Below are positions 1 to 8,459 of a stretch of 64,000 nucleotides of DNA, piece by piece; positions within the stretch are counted from its first letter, which is position 1; every line of letters begins with the position of its first letter. The notes under the pieces were generated by a model, which worked only from the letters and a program-made list of their open reading frames with translations, had not been told where the DNA came from and did no database searches. The stretch is from Candidatus Spongiisociaceae bacterium (GTDB lineage: Bacteria; Actinomycetota; Acidimicrobiia; Spongiisociales; Spongiisociaceae): NCBI GenBank assembly GCA_965219685.1, contig CBDCOH010000002.1, forward strand, positions 3,360,001-3,424,000, read 5' to 3'. Made by a program: the position numbers and the translations under genes.

Positions 1-1
1 G

Positions 2-1168
2 TTCATCACCGTCTTCGGCGGCCTTCTGGCGGCCGTCAGATCGTGGGCCCCGCGCTCGGTACCGTTCCTGATCCCACTGGCGGCCACCCTTACCGCGGTA
101 GGGTTCGTGATCCTGTACCGCCTCGACCATCAGTTGGCCGGCGTGCAGCGCTGGTGGCTGCTGACCAACGCCGGGCTGGCGGCGCTGTGGCTCTTCTCGG
201 TCAGGACGAGAGGGATTCGCTCGCTGGCCCGCCACCGCTACGTCTTGCTGGCTGTGGCCGCGGTCCTCGCGTCGCTTCCCCTGATCCCTCCGGTCGAGGG
301 TCTCCCGGTGCAGGGACTGCCGATCGACGGCTCCCGGCTCTGGGCGGAGTGGTCCTGGGGCGTTCAGATCCCGTTCCAGCCCGGCGAGGTGGCGAGGCTT
401 CTCCTGGTCGTGTTCCTCGCCTCGTTTCTGTCGGAACACCAGACGGCTCTGAGCGCGGCGGGCCGGACGGCCGGGAGGCTCCGCCTCCCTCAACCCCGGG
501 GCTTGGTACCCGCGGGGGTCGGCTGGCTCGCCAGCCTCGCGATCCTCCTGTACTTCAGGGACCTGGGCGCCTCCCTTCTGCTCGCCGCGGTGGTTCTGAC
601 GATGCTGTACATAGCCACCAACAGACCCTCATACCTGGCGACGGGAGGCGGCCTCGTTGTGGCCGGTGTGTTCGTTGCCTACTTCGTGGTCGACCATGTA
701 CGGGACCGCATCGACGCCTGGTTCGATCCATGGGCCAACCTCGACGGCGCCGGCCTCCAGACCGTCCAGGGGCTGTTCGCCCTAGCCGCCGGGAGCCTCT
801 CCGGCACGGGCCTGGGCCTGGGCGAGCCGGGCCTGATTCCCACGGCGACCACCGGCTTCGTCTTCGCCGCTTCGGGGGAGGAGCTGGGTCTGGCAGGCTC
901 CGTGGTGGTTCTGGCCGCGTACGCTCTACTGGTCGCGACGGGCTTCGGCATCGCTCTGCGCGCGAGGGACCTATTCAGAAAGCTGCTGGCCGCCGGTCTG
1001 TCCCTCACGCTGGGCTTCCAGACGCTGCTGGTTGTCGCCGGCGTGCTGCGGATCCTCCCGGTGACCGACATGACCGCCCCTTTCATGTCGGCGGGAGGCT
1101 CGTCGACGTTGGCCGGGTTCCTGCTCCTGGCGCTGCTGGCGCGGACCAGCCACGAGGAGCGCACGTGA
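2..1168 (+). CDS. rodA: FtsW/RodA/SpoVE (SEDS) family protein, 5'-truncated by window edge; catalytic Asp replaced by Gly
   Basis: Frame open from nt 2; multi-TM; SEDS motifs FQPGEVAR, DLG, GEELG, PFMSAGGSS; upstream of pbpA/pknB. The conserved TDFIF motif reads TTGFVF. Confidence 0.9.
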   Translation, partial: FITVFGGLLAAVRSWAPRSVPFLIPLAATLTAVGFVILYRLDHQLAGVQRWWLLTNAGLAALWLFSVRTRGIRSLARHRYVLLAVAAVLASLPLIPPVEGLPVQGLPIDGSRLWAEWSWGVQIPFQPGEVARLLLVVFLASFLSEHQTALSAAGRTAGRLRLPQPRGLVPAGVGWLASLAILLYFRDLGASLLLAAVVLTMLYIATNRPSYLATGGGLVVAGVFVAYFVVDHVRDRIDAWFDPWANLDGAGLQTVQGLFALAAGSLSGTGLGLGEPGLIPTATTGFVFAASGEELGLAGSVVVLAAYALLVATGFGIALRARDLFRKLLAAGLSLTLGFQTLLVVAGVLRILPVTDMTAPFMSAGGSSTLAGFLLLALLARTSHEERT

Positions 1169-2301
1169 ACGGACCGATGCGACGCGTGGCGTTGGGCCTG
1201 TTCCTGGCCTTCCTGGTCCTGGCCCTGGATGTCACCTACTGGCAGATCATCGCCGCCGACCGGCTGCGGGAACACCCCCAGAACGCCCGCGCCCAGCTGG
1301 CCCGCTCAGGCCGGGAGAGGGGCCAGATCATCTCCTCCGACACGGTAGTGCTGGCCACATCGGTACCGGACCCCTCCGATCCCCGCTACTACGTCCGCGA
1401 GTATCCTCACGGGCCGCTGTACGCTCACACGGTGGGTTTCTCGTCCCCGCTGTTCGGTGACAGCGGCCTCGAGCGCTCTCAAGCCGGCGTCCTCACGTCG
1501 GGCCGAGACCTGACCGTCTCGGGGATCATCAACGCCCTCGTCGGCGAGGACCGGCGGGCCCGCTCCATCCAGATCACTTTGAACCACCGGCTGCAACGGA
1601 CCGCGGCGCGCGCGCTGGGCAGCCGGTACGGGGCGTTGGTTGCCATCGAGCCGACCACCGGACGCCTGCTCGCCCTTGCCAGTTCCCCGACGTTCGATCC
1701 CAACTTCCTGATCGGCGCCGAGGCCGCAACCGTGTGGAACACACTCGGCCGGGACCCCTCCCGCCCCCTCCAGAACCGAGCCACCGGAAGGTGGCTTCCG
1801 GGCGACCTCCTGCCCGCGGATGCGATCACCGGCATCCCCAGTGGTCCGGACACCAGCAGCGAATCGGCCTTCTCACTGGCTCTCAGGACGGCGGCCGTGG
1901 CGACCGGGGGTCAGCCGATGAGACCCTACGTGGTGGCCCGGGTGTTCGACCGGGATTCGCAACTCGAGTCCGAGACCGAACCGATCCCGTTCGCCCAGCG
2001 GCTCAGCGGCGAAGAAGTAGCCACCCTGCGTGACAGCATGGACGTGCTCGAGATCGACAGTGCCCGATTCGGCCCGATACGCGGCCTCGGTGCGTCCGGC
2101 ACCGACCGGGACCCATACGACCGCCAGCGTATCTGGTTCGTCGGTTTCCTCCCCCTGGGCCAGCCGGCCATCGCCGTGGCGGTGGTGATCGAGTCGGTGG
2201 CGGCGAGCGGATCCCGGGGCACTGGCACTGCGGAGGCCGCCTCGATCGGCAGGGCTGTCATGGTGGCCTGGCTGGACCAGCAGAGTCCGCTCGGTCGGTG
2301 A
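1165..2301 (+). CDS. pbpA: PbpA-like class B penicillin-binding protein, internally deleted, lacking SxxK/SxN/KTG motifs
   Basis: GTG start overlaps rodA TGA (GTGA). N-terminal TM, RGQIISSD, YPHGPLYAHTVGF, ALVAIEPTTGRLLALASSPTFDPN, NRAT, WFVGFLP all resemble PbpA. Only 378 aa. Confidence 0.88.
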   Translation: MNGPMRRVALGLFLAFLVLALDVTYWQIIAADRLREHPQNARAQLARSGRERGQIISSDTVVLATSVPDPSDPRYYVREYPHGPLYAHTVGFSSPLFGDSGLERSQAGVLTSGRDLTVSGIINALVGEDRRARSIQITLNHRLQRTAARALGSRYGALVAIEPTTGRLLALASSPTFDPNFLIGAEAATVWNTLGRDPSRPLQNRATGRWLPGDLLPADAITGIPSGPDTSSESAFSLALRTAAVATGGQPMRPYVVARVFDRDSQLESETEPIPFAQRLSGEEVATLRDSMDVLEIDSARFGPIRGLGASGTDRDPYDRQRIWFVGFLPLGQPAIAVAVVIESVAASGSRGTGTAEAASIGRAVMVAWLDQQSPLGR

Positions 2302-2464
2302 TGCCGCCGAGGACGGGAACCTGCCCATCGTCGTCGGTGAAGGAGCCTTCGCGCCCCTCCGCGCGGGCGTGCCAGGCCAACCGCGACCCTGGCGCCGCAG
2401 AGGTGGCCCCCGGCACGACATGGCGAAGGATTCCCCCGGCGGAGCACTAGATTCAGGGGTGGTC

Positions 2465-4609
2465 ATGGACTCACCACATTCTCTAGGAAGGTACGACCTC
2501 ACGGCCCACCTGGCTCGGGGCGGTATGGCGGACGTGTTCGAGGCGTCCGATCGGATGCTGGACCGGCGCGTCGCGGTCAAGATCCTGCACCAGCGCTACG
2601 CCGAAACCGACACGTTCGTCGCACGATTCCGCAAGGAGGCCCAGGCCGCCGCCAACCTCAGCCACCCCAACATCGTTTCCATCTACGACTGGGGTGAGCA
2701 GGAGGGGACCTACTTCATCGTGATGGAACTCGTCAAGGGTCGTTCCCTGCGTGACGTGGTGAAGTCGGAGGGCAAGATCCTGCCACGGCGGGCCGCGGAG
2801 ATCGCCAGCGAGGTCTCCTCAGCGCTGGAGGTGGCGCATCGCAACCGGGTGATCCACCGGGACATCAAACCCGGAAACATCCTCCTCTCGGAGGACGGCA
2901 TCGTCAAGGTCACCGACTTCGGCGTGGCTCGCGCCTGGGATGACTCGGAGGATCTCACCAAGACCGGCGCGGTCATCGGAACCGCCACCTACTTCAGCCC
3001 CGAGCAGGCCCGCGGCGACCCGGCGGACGAACGTTCCGACATCTACAGCCTGGGCGTGGTGCTCTACGAGATGCTGGTCGGACGACCGCCCTTCAGCGGG
3101 GAAACCCCCGTCTCGGTGGCCTACCAGCACGTCACCGCCGAGGTGCCCGTGCCTAGCCGCCTCAACCCGGACGTACCGCCGGAGTTGGAGGCGATCGTGA
3201 TGAAAAGCCTCGCCAAGGATCCTGCCCGGCGTTACGAAGCAGCAGCCGACATCCGTCGCGACCTCCTGCTGTTCCTCCAGGGAAGGAAGCCTCCCAGGCC
3301 CTCTCCGGCCCCGCCGCGACCTGCCCAACCCCAGCGAGGCCGCAGGCCCGACCTCCCGCCTCCCACCGTTGCGCCTGACGAGGCGTACCGGAGGTTGCAT
3401 GCCACCCCCCGTCAGCCGTCACAGGTGCCTTTCATCATCACCTCGATAGCCCTGGCCGCCCTCGTCGTGGTCGGGGTCTGGTACCTGTTCAACGTGATCA
3501 CGGACCAGCCGGACGAGACGACCACGACGACCGGCGTGCGGATGGTTGTCGTGCCGCCCGTGAGCGGAAGGCTGGAGGACGAGGCTATCCAGATGCTCCA
3601 GGAGGCCGGTCTTTTCGTGGTTCCGGAGGGCGAGGCGGGCGACGCCGAGGCCGGCACCGTGCTGCGGACCGAGCCGGGTGCCGGAGCGGAACTCGAGGCG
3701 GGCGAGCGGGTAACGATGGTGGTCTCCATCGGACCCGTACAGATCCAGATACCCAACGTGGTCGGCTCGACGCAGGAGAGGGCCGAGAGTTCGCTCGAAG
3801 GGTTGGGATTCGGGGTAGATCCGCGGACCATCCGGCACGACACCATCGGTGCCGGACTGGTCGTCTCCCAGGATCCTCCCGGTGGGGCCAGCGCGCCGAG
3901 GGGGTCCACGGTGGAACTCGTGGTGTCGGCAGGACCGGAGCCGATCCAGATGCCCCGCGTGACCGGCCTGACCAGCGATCGGGCCGAGGGCAGGCTCGAG
4001 GGTCTGGACCTGGAGGTCGAACTCGTCACCACCTTCCACGACGAGGTGGAAGAAGGGCTGGTGATAAGCCAGAGCCCGGCGCCTGGCGCCGACATCAATC
4101 CCGGTTGGACCGTTCAAATCGTCGTGTCGAGCGGCCCTGAGGAGACCGAGGTCGAACTCGAGGATCTGTCGGGGAGGTCGATCGGCGATGCGACCGCATG
4201 GCTGGAGGAGTCAGGCTTCGAGGCGGTCATCGAGCAGGAGAGCAGCCGGGAGGTCGAGGCAGGCTCGGTCATCCGGACGGAGCCGCCGGGAGGCACCTCG
4301 CTCGAGCCCGGATCCCGGGTGGTGGTCGTGGAGTCCACCGGATCGCCGTTCATCGCCGTACCCGACCTCACCGGCTCCACCATCGAGGACGCGGAGGCTA
4401 CGCTGAGCGACCTGGGCCTTTTGCTGGAGGTTGCCAACTCGCCACGTTCGGTCGACGACCCCAGCCTGGACGGCAGGGTCGTCCGGCAAGCCCCGAGTCC
4501 CGGAGAGGAGTTGCTCGAGGGCGAGGCGGTGCTGGCGGTACTCGGCGAGTACTCCCCGGAGCCAACGCAGCCGCAGGACGGCAACGACGAGGAATCGGAG
4601 ACCGCATGA
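2465..4609 (+). CDS. pknB: PASTA-domain Ser/Thr protein kinase (5 PASTA repeats)
   Basis: GGMADV, VAVK, HRDIKPGN, DFG, GTATYFSPEQARG; Pro-rich linker; TM; five repeats starting VPPVSG, IPNVVG, MPRVTG, LEDLSG, VPDLTG. Start ATG 2465 inferred. Confidence 0.95.
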   Translation: MDSPHSLGRYDLTAHLARGGMADVFEASDRMLDRRVAVKILHQRYAETDTFVARFRKEAQAAANLSHPNIVSIYDWGEQEGTYFIVMELVKGRSLRDVVKSEGKILPRRAAEIASEVSSALEVAHRNRVIHRDIKPGNILLSEDGIVKVTDFGVARAWDDSEDLTKTGAVIGTATYFSPEQARGDPADERSDIYSLGVVLYEMLVGRPPFSGETPVSVAYQHVTAEVPVPSRLNPDVPPELEAIVMKSLAKDPARRYEAAADIRRDLLLFLQGRKPPRPSPAPPRPAQPQRGRRPDLPPPTVAPDEAYRRLHATPRQPSQVPFIITSIALAALVVVGVWYLFNVITDQPDETTTTTGVRMVVVPPVSGRLEDEAIQMLQEAGLFVVPEGEAGDAEAGTVLRTEPGAGAELEAGERVTMVVSIGPVQIQIPNVVGSTQERAESSLEGLGFGVDPRTIRHDTIGAGLVVSQDPPGGASAPRGSTVELVVSAGPEPIQMPRVTGLTSDRAEGRLEGLDLEVELVTTFHDEVEEGLVISQSPAPGADINPGWTVQIVVSSGPEETEVELEDLSGRSIGDATAWLEESGFEAVIEQESSREVEAGSVIRTEPPGGTSLEPGSRVVVVESTGSPFIAVPDLTGSTIEDAEATLSDLGLLLEVANSPRSVDDPSLDGRVVRQAPSPGEELLEGEAVLAVLGEYSPEPTQPQDGNDEESETA

Positions 4610-5538
4610 AACCGGTGGCAAGCCACCTTGCGCCGAGCCCGACCGGCAGCGAGCCGGCCGTGACCATCACCGACGCCGTGTTCCGCTACGGGAGCGAGGT
4701 GGTGCTCGATCGCTCCAGCCTTGCCATAGAACCCGGGACGATCACCGCCCTCATCGGTCCTAACGGCGCAGGGAAGTCCACGCTCCTCAACGGGATCGCC
4801 GGCCTGATCCCCCTGTCGGAGGGCCGAGTGGAGCTTGGAAGGGCCAATGGCCGGCCCTTGCGCCTTTCGTACGTGTTGCAGGACACCAAGATCAACCAGT
4901 CGCTTCCGGTCACGGTTCGCGAGGTGGTGAGCATGGGCCGCTACCCCGGCAAGGGACCCATCAGACCCCTCTCCAAGCGTGACCGGCAACTCGTGGACAA
5001 GGTGATGGAGCGAACGAACATCAGCCATCTGGCCAAGCGCCACCTGTCACGGTTGTCGGGAGGACAGCGCCACCGCGTGCTCCTGGCCCAAGGCTTGGTC
5101 CAGGAGCACGAGATCCTGCTGCTCGACGAGCCGGCGACCGGACTCGACCTGGTGTCTATCCAAGCCATAAGGGACACGGTGCGCGAGGAGGCCAACATCG
5201 GATGCACGGTGATTCTCACCACCCACGACATGGCCGACGCTTGGACAGCCGACTACGTGGTGTTGCTTGCCGGAAGGGTGGTCACGAGCGGCCCGCCCGA
5301 GGAAGTCCTCCAGTCGTCCCACCTCATCGAGGCCTACGGAACCGCCCTGCTGAACGTGGACGGAACCCACCTCCTCCTGGACGATCCGCATCACGACCAC
5401 CCCGACTCTCACCAGCCGACCATGCGATCGATCAGCGTGGAGACATGGGAATGGCTCCGCGAGGAGATCCCCCGGCTACTCGGCGCTTCGCCCGAGGACA
5501 TGATCGCGGGCAGGGACAAGACGACAGAACCTGAATAG
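4606..5538 (+). CDS. Metal (Zn/Mn) ABC transporter ATP-binding protein, ZnuC-like, orphan
   Basis: GPNGAGKS, LPVTVREVVSMGRY, LSGGQ, LLLDEP, TTHD; His-rich tail DDPHHDHPDSH; ATGA overlap with pknB stop. Confidence 0.85.
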   Translation: MKPVASHLAPSPTGSEPAVTITDAVFRYGSEVVLDRSSLAIEPGTITALIGPNGAGKSTLLNGIAGLIPLSEGRVELGRANGRPLRLSYVLQDTKINQSLPVTVREVVSMGRYPGKGPIRPLSKRDRQLVDKVMERTNISHLAKRHLSRLSGGQRHRVLLAQGLVQEHEILLLDEPATGLDLVSIQAIRDTVREEANIGCTVILTTHDMADAWTADYVVLLAGRVVTSGPPEEVLQSSHLIEAYGTALLNVDGTHLLLDDPHHDHPDSHQPTMRSISVETWEWLREEIPRLLGASPEDMIAGRDKTTEPE

Positions 5539-5566
5539 TGAGTGGTGAATCGTGAATGGTGAATGG
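5536..5566 (+). repeat. Heptamer tandem array TGGTGA(A/G), about 4 units
   Basis: TAGTGAG TGGTGAA TCGTGAA TGGTGAA TGG; contains the stop of the upstream gene. Confidence 0.85.
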
Positions 5567-5717
5567 AGGGCTGGGTTGGGAGCCAGTCTTCTCGGACCCT
5601 TTGAGCTGGATCGCCGCCCGCCCGTCCCGTATCAGGCGGGAGGTGGGTGGTAGAGGCCTACAACGCCCAGCCTATTGTCACCAAGGCCTAACTCGCTATC
5701 GAATACCCTTGAGAGTT

Positions 5718-5779
5718 ACTCACCACTCACCACTCACCACTCACCACTCACCACTCACCATTTACCACTCACCACTCAC
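5718..5779 (-). repeat. Heptamer tandem array (CTCACCA)n, about 8.5 units, inverted relative to 5536-5566
   Basis: Six perfect CTCACCA, then TTTACCA, CTCACCA, CTCAC; encodes the VSGEW* end of trpG. Confidence 0.95.
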
Positions 5780-6328
5780 GAAGTTCTCCAGGAGGGCCAT
5801 GCCTTCCACGGTGAGAACGCTCTCGGGGTGGAATTGAACGCCATGGATGTCGAGTTCCCGGTGCCTCACGCCTTGGACCACATCGTCCTCGCTCCACGCG
5901 CAGGGCTGTAGTACGCCGGGGAGCTTTGCCGCGGAGAGCGAGTGGTACCGCGTCGCGACGAACGGGTTGCTCAGCCCCTTGAAGACGCCCTCGCCGTCGT
6001 GGCGGACCGAGGAGGTCTTCCCGTGCATGACCTGGGGCGCAAGGTCCACCTGCCCGCCGAAGGCGGTGACGATCGCCTGATGGCCCAGGCAGACGCCGAG
6101 AATCGGAACGTGTCCTGCGAAACGCCGGATGTACGCTATGGAGTAACCGGCATCCTCGGGCCGGCCCGGACCCGGCGAGATGACCACCCGCTCAGGGTTC
6201 AACTCAGCCGCCCCATTCGCGTCCAACTGGTCGTTCCGCACGACGGTGGGCTCCGCGCCCAACTCGCCCAGGTACTGGACCAGGTTGAACGTGAAGCTGT
6301 CGTAGTTGTCGAGCACCAGGATCCTCAT
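5762..6328 (-). CDS. trpG: Anthranilate/aminodeoxychorismate synthase component II (glutamine amidotransferase)
   Basis: MRILVLDNYDSFTFNL, ISPGPG, LGVCLGHQ, RYHSL, GVQFHPES; canonical position between pknB and crgA. Confidence 0.95.
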   Translation of the reverse strand: MRILVLDNYDSFTFNLVQYLGELGAEPTVVRNDQLDANGAAELNPERVVISPGPGRPEDAGYSIAYIRRFAGHVPILGVCLGHQAIVTAFGGQVDLAPQVMHGKTSSVRHDGEGVFKGLSNPFVATRYHSLSAAKLPGVLQPCAWSEDDVVQGVRHRELDIHGVQFHPESVLTVEGMALLENFVSGEW

Positions 6329-6422
6329 GGCGTGCACGAGGATACCGGGCCGGGTTCGCAAGAGCCCCGGAGAAACCCGCGAAGTTTGTACAGGGCGGCG
6401 CGGGAGCGGTTACCCTTTGGTA

Positions 6423-6668
6423 ATGCCGCAATCCAAGGGACGCCGCAAAGCCAAGACGGTGCGGAGACCGACGCCGCCCAAGAGCGCGTCCGGAGGCAAG
6501 CGTGCCAAGCAGTCGCCGAAGATCTACGTTGCGATCATGTTCGGCCTGATGGTCTTGGGCGTGCTGATGGTCGTCACCCGCTATATCCTCGACACCCCCT
6601 CATGGCTTCTGCTGGCAGGGCTCGGATGCATGGGTGCCGGCTTCCTGATGACCACCAACTATCACTGA
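6423..6668 (+). CDS. crgA: Cell division protein CrgA
   Basis: MPQSKGRRK start, SP motif, two TM helices, GFLMTTNYH end; divergent from trpG as in other actinobacteria. Confidence 0.85.
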   Translation: MPQSKGRRKAKTVRRPTPPKSASGGKRAKQSPKIYVAIMFGLMVLGVLMVVTRYILDTPSWLLLAGLGCMGAGFLMTTNYH

Positions 6669-6728
6669 GTGGTAAGTGGTGAATGGTGAATGGTGAATGG
6701 TTAGCACTCCACCAGCCACCAGCCACCA
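6666..6728. repeat. Heptamer arrays (TGGTGAA)n followed by (CCAGCCA)n; possible 3' hairpin
   Basis: TGAG TGGTAAG TGGTGAA x3 TGGTTAG ... CCAGCCA CCAGCCA directly after the crgA stop. Confidence 0.8.
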
Positions 6729-6744
6729 AGTTACACGTGTGTAG

Positions 6745-6777
6745 TTTTCCCCCTGGTTTTCCCCGCCCTGTGGAAAA
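6745..6777. promoter_or_regulatory. Putative DnaA-box cluster
   Basis: TGTGGAAAA (6769-6777) is a consensus TT(A/T)TNCACA on the minus strand; degenerate TTTTCCCCC (6745) and TTTTCCCCG (6757); oriC-proximal gene context. Confidence 0.45.
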
Positions 6778-6785
6778 CGGGAGGG

Positions 6786-7031
6786 TCACTCCGCGGGGAC
6801 CTCGTCCATCTCCTCGCGGCAGTGGCGGGGGGGTTTCGGCTCGGAGACATTGGTGACCGTCATCGTCACCTGCGTGCCGCACAAACTACACCTGAAGCGC
6901 CGCCGGGTTTCCACCACATCTTCGGGGTCGACCTCGGGAGGCGGGTTGGCCACCGCCCTTATCGCCGTCATCAGCACAGTCCAGATCACCACGCCTATGA
7001 GCAGGGCAATGATGATGTTCAGCAGGGTCAC
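6786..7031 (-). CDS. Small membrane-anchored zinc-ribbon protein
   Basis: N-terminal TM, then RCSLCG ... PRHCREEM (CxxC/HC). Confidence 0.75.
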   Translation of the reverse strand: MTLLNIIIALLIGVVIWTVLMTAIRAVANPPPEVDPEDVVETRRRFRCSLCGTQVTMTVTNVSEPKPPRHCREEMDEVPAE

Positions 7032-7071
7032 TTCGGCCCGTTCCCGACCCTCTCGGCCATCCGGCGAACGG

Positions 7072-8250
7072 CTAGGCGACCCGCTCGAGGATCATGGCGT
7101 TTGCCATCCCACCCCCCTCGCACATGGTCTGGAGACCGTAACGGGCTCCTCGACGCTCCATCTCGTGGACGAGGGTGGCGGTCAGTTTGGCGCCCGTCCC
7201 GCCGAGCGGGTGACCCAGGGCGATCGCGCCTCCGTTGACGTTCGTCCGCTGCCAAAGGGGATCGGGATCGCTGCCGCCGTGCTCCGCTAGCCAGATCGCA
7301 ACGACCGACGCGAAGGCCTCGTTCACCTCGAACAGGTCGATGTCGTCGACGGCGAGGCCACACCTGTCGAGCACCCTGGTGGTGGCCGGGATGGGCCCGG
7401 TGAGCATGGTGACCGGATCGACGCCCGCCAACGCGAACCCGACGAAGCGCGCCTTCGGGACCAGGCCGAACTCGTGTGCCTTGGCTTCCGACATGATGAG
7501 CACCGCGGCAGCACCGTCGGATATCTGCGACGAGTTGCCGGCGGTCACGACACCGTCGGGTTTGAAGACCGGACCGAGGCCGGCCAGTACCTCTATCGAG
7601 GTGTCCGGTCGGATTCCCTCGTCGGTGACCATCACCTCTTTCGATCCGTTCAGCGCCACCTCGACCGGGACGATCTCCCTGTCGAACCGCCCCTCCTCTG
7701 TAGCCTGGGCAGCACGCATGTGCGAGTCATAGGCGATCCGGTCGAGGGACGCCCTCGACAGTCCCCACTTCTCGGCGATCATCTCGGCTGATATGCCCTG
7801 CGGGACGAGGCTGGCGGCGTAGCGCTCGACCATGAGGGGGCCGAACGGCTTGCCCGGCCCCTGATGGGCTGTGATCCCCATCGGAACGCGGGTCATGGAC
7901 TCGACCCCACCCGCGATGGCCACGTCGTAGGCGCCCGCCATCACCCCCTGAGCGGCGAAGTGCGACGACTGCTGTCCGGATCCGCACTGGCGGTCGATGG
8001 TCGTACCCACCACGTCTTCGGGGAAGCCGGCCGCCAGCGCCGCGTTGCGACCCACGTTTAGGCTCTGCTCGCCGGTCTGCATCACGCAGCCCATGATCAC
8101 GTCGTCGACGAGGGCGGGATCCAAGTCGTTCCGCTCGACGAGTGCACGCAGGGTGATGGCGGCGAGGTCCACGGGGTGGTAGCCGTCGAGTTTGCCGTTC
8201 CGCTTGCCGGTGGGGGTGCGCACCGCATCCACGATCACTGCTCTCTCCAT
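7072..8250 (-). CDS. Acetyl-CoA acyltransferase (thiolase)
   Basis: DRQCGSG, GVESM, NEAFA, GGAIALGHPLG, MCEGGG. Confidence 0.95.
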   Translation of the reverse strand: MERAVIVDAVRTPTGKRNGKLDGYHPVDLAAITLRALVERNDLDPALVDDVIMGCVMQTGEQSLNVGRNAALAAGFPEDVVGTTIDRQCGSGQQSSHFAAQGVMAGAYDVAIAGGVESMTRVPMGITAHQGPGKPFGPLMVERYAASLVPQGISAEMIAEKWGLSRASLDRIAYDSHMRAAQATEEGRFDREIVPVEVALNGSKEVMVTDEGIRPDTSIEVLAGLGPVFKPDGVVTAGNSSQISDGAAAVLIMSEAKAHEFGLVPKARFVGFALAGVDPVTMLTGPIPATTRVLDRCGLAVDDIDLFEVNEAFASVVAIWLAEHGGSDPDPLWQRTNVNGGAIALGHPLGGTGAKLTATLVHEMERRGARYGLQTMCEGGGMANAMILERVA

Positions 8251-8300
8251 GGCTACTCCTCGTCGGATGATCGTTCGTTTCCGGTTCCGGGTGTCCAGGG

Positions 8301-8374
8301 TGGAGGTGATCGGATTCGAACCGACGGCCTCCTGGATGCAAACCAGGCGCTCTGCCAGACTGAGCTACACCCCC
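8301..8374 (-). tRNA. tRNA-Ala(UGC)
   Basis: Minus strand GGGGGTGTAGCTCAGTCTGGCAGAGCGCCTGGTTTGCATCCAGGAGGCCGTCGGTTCGAATCCGATCACCTCCA; acceptor stem pairs; anticodon TGC. Confidence 0.97.
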
Positions 8375-8459
8375 GACAGGTACCAGTCTATGCCAGGCGC
8401 GACGTGACCGATGCCGGATGGGAACCTCGGGCCGGCCGGGCAGCCCCCGGCGTTGGTGG

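Noticed and set aside
43-1164. Apparent 752-aa ORF (long N-terminal extension of pbpA)
   Set aside because: Off-frame overlap with rodA, Arg/Pro/Gly-rich as expected for a GC-rich shadow frame; the real start is the GTGA overlap at 1165.
6729-6744. parS-like site AGTTACACGTGTGTAG
   Set aside because: Only the left half matches GTTNCACGTGAAAC; a similar core at 49598-49610 is better explained as a TA operator.
8298-8301. tRNAs lacking an encoded CCA
   Set aside because: Common in actinobacteria, where CCA is added post-transcriptionally; not evidence of integration damage.
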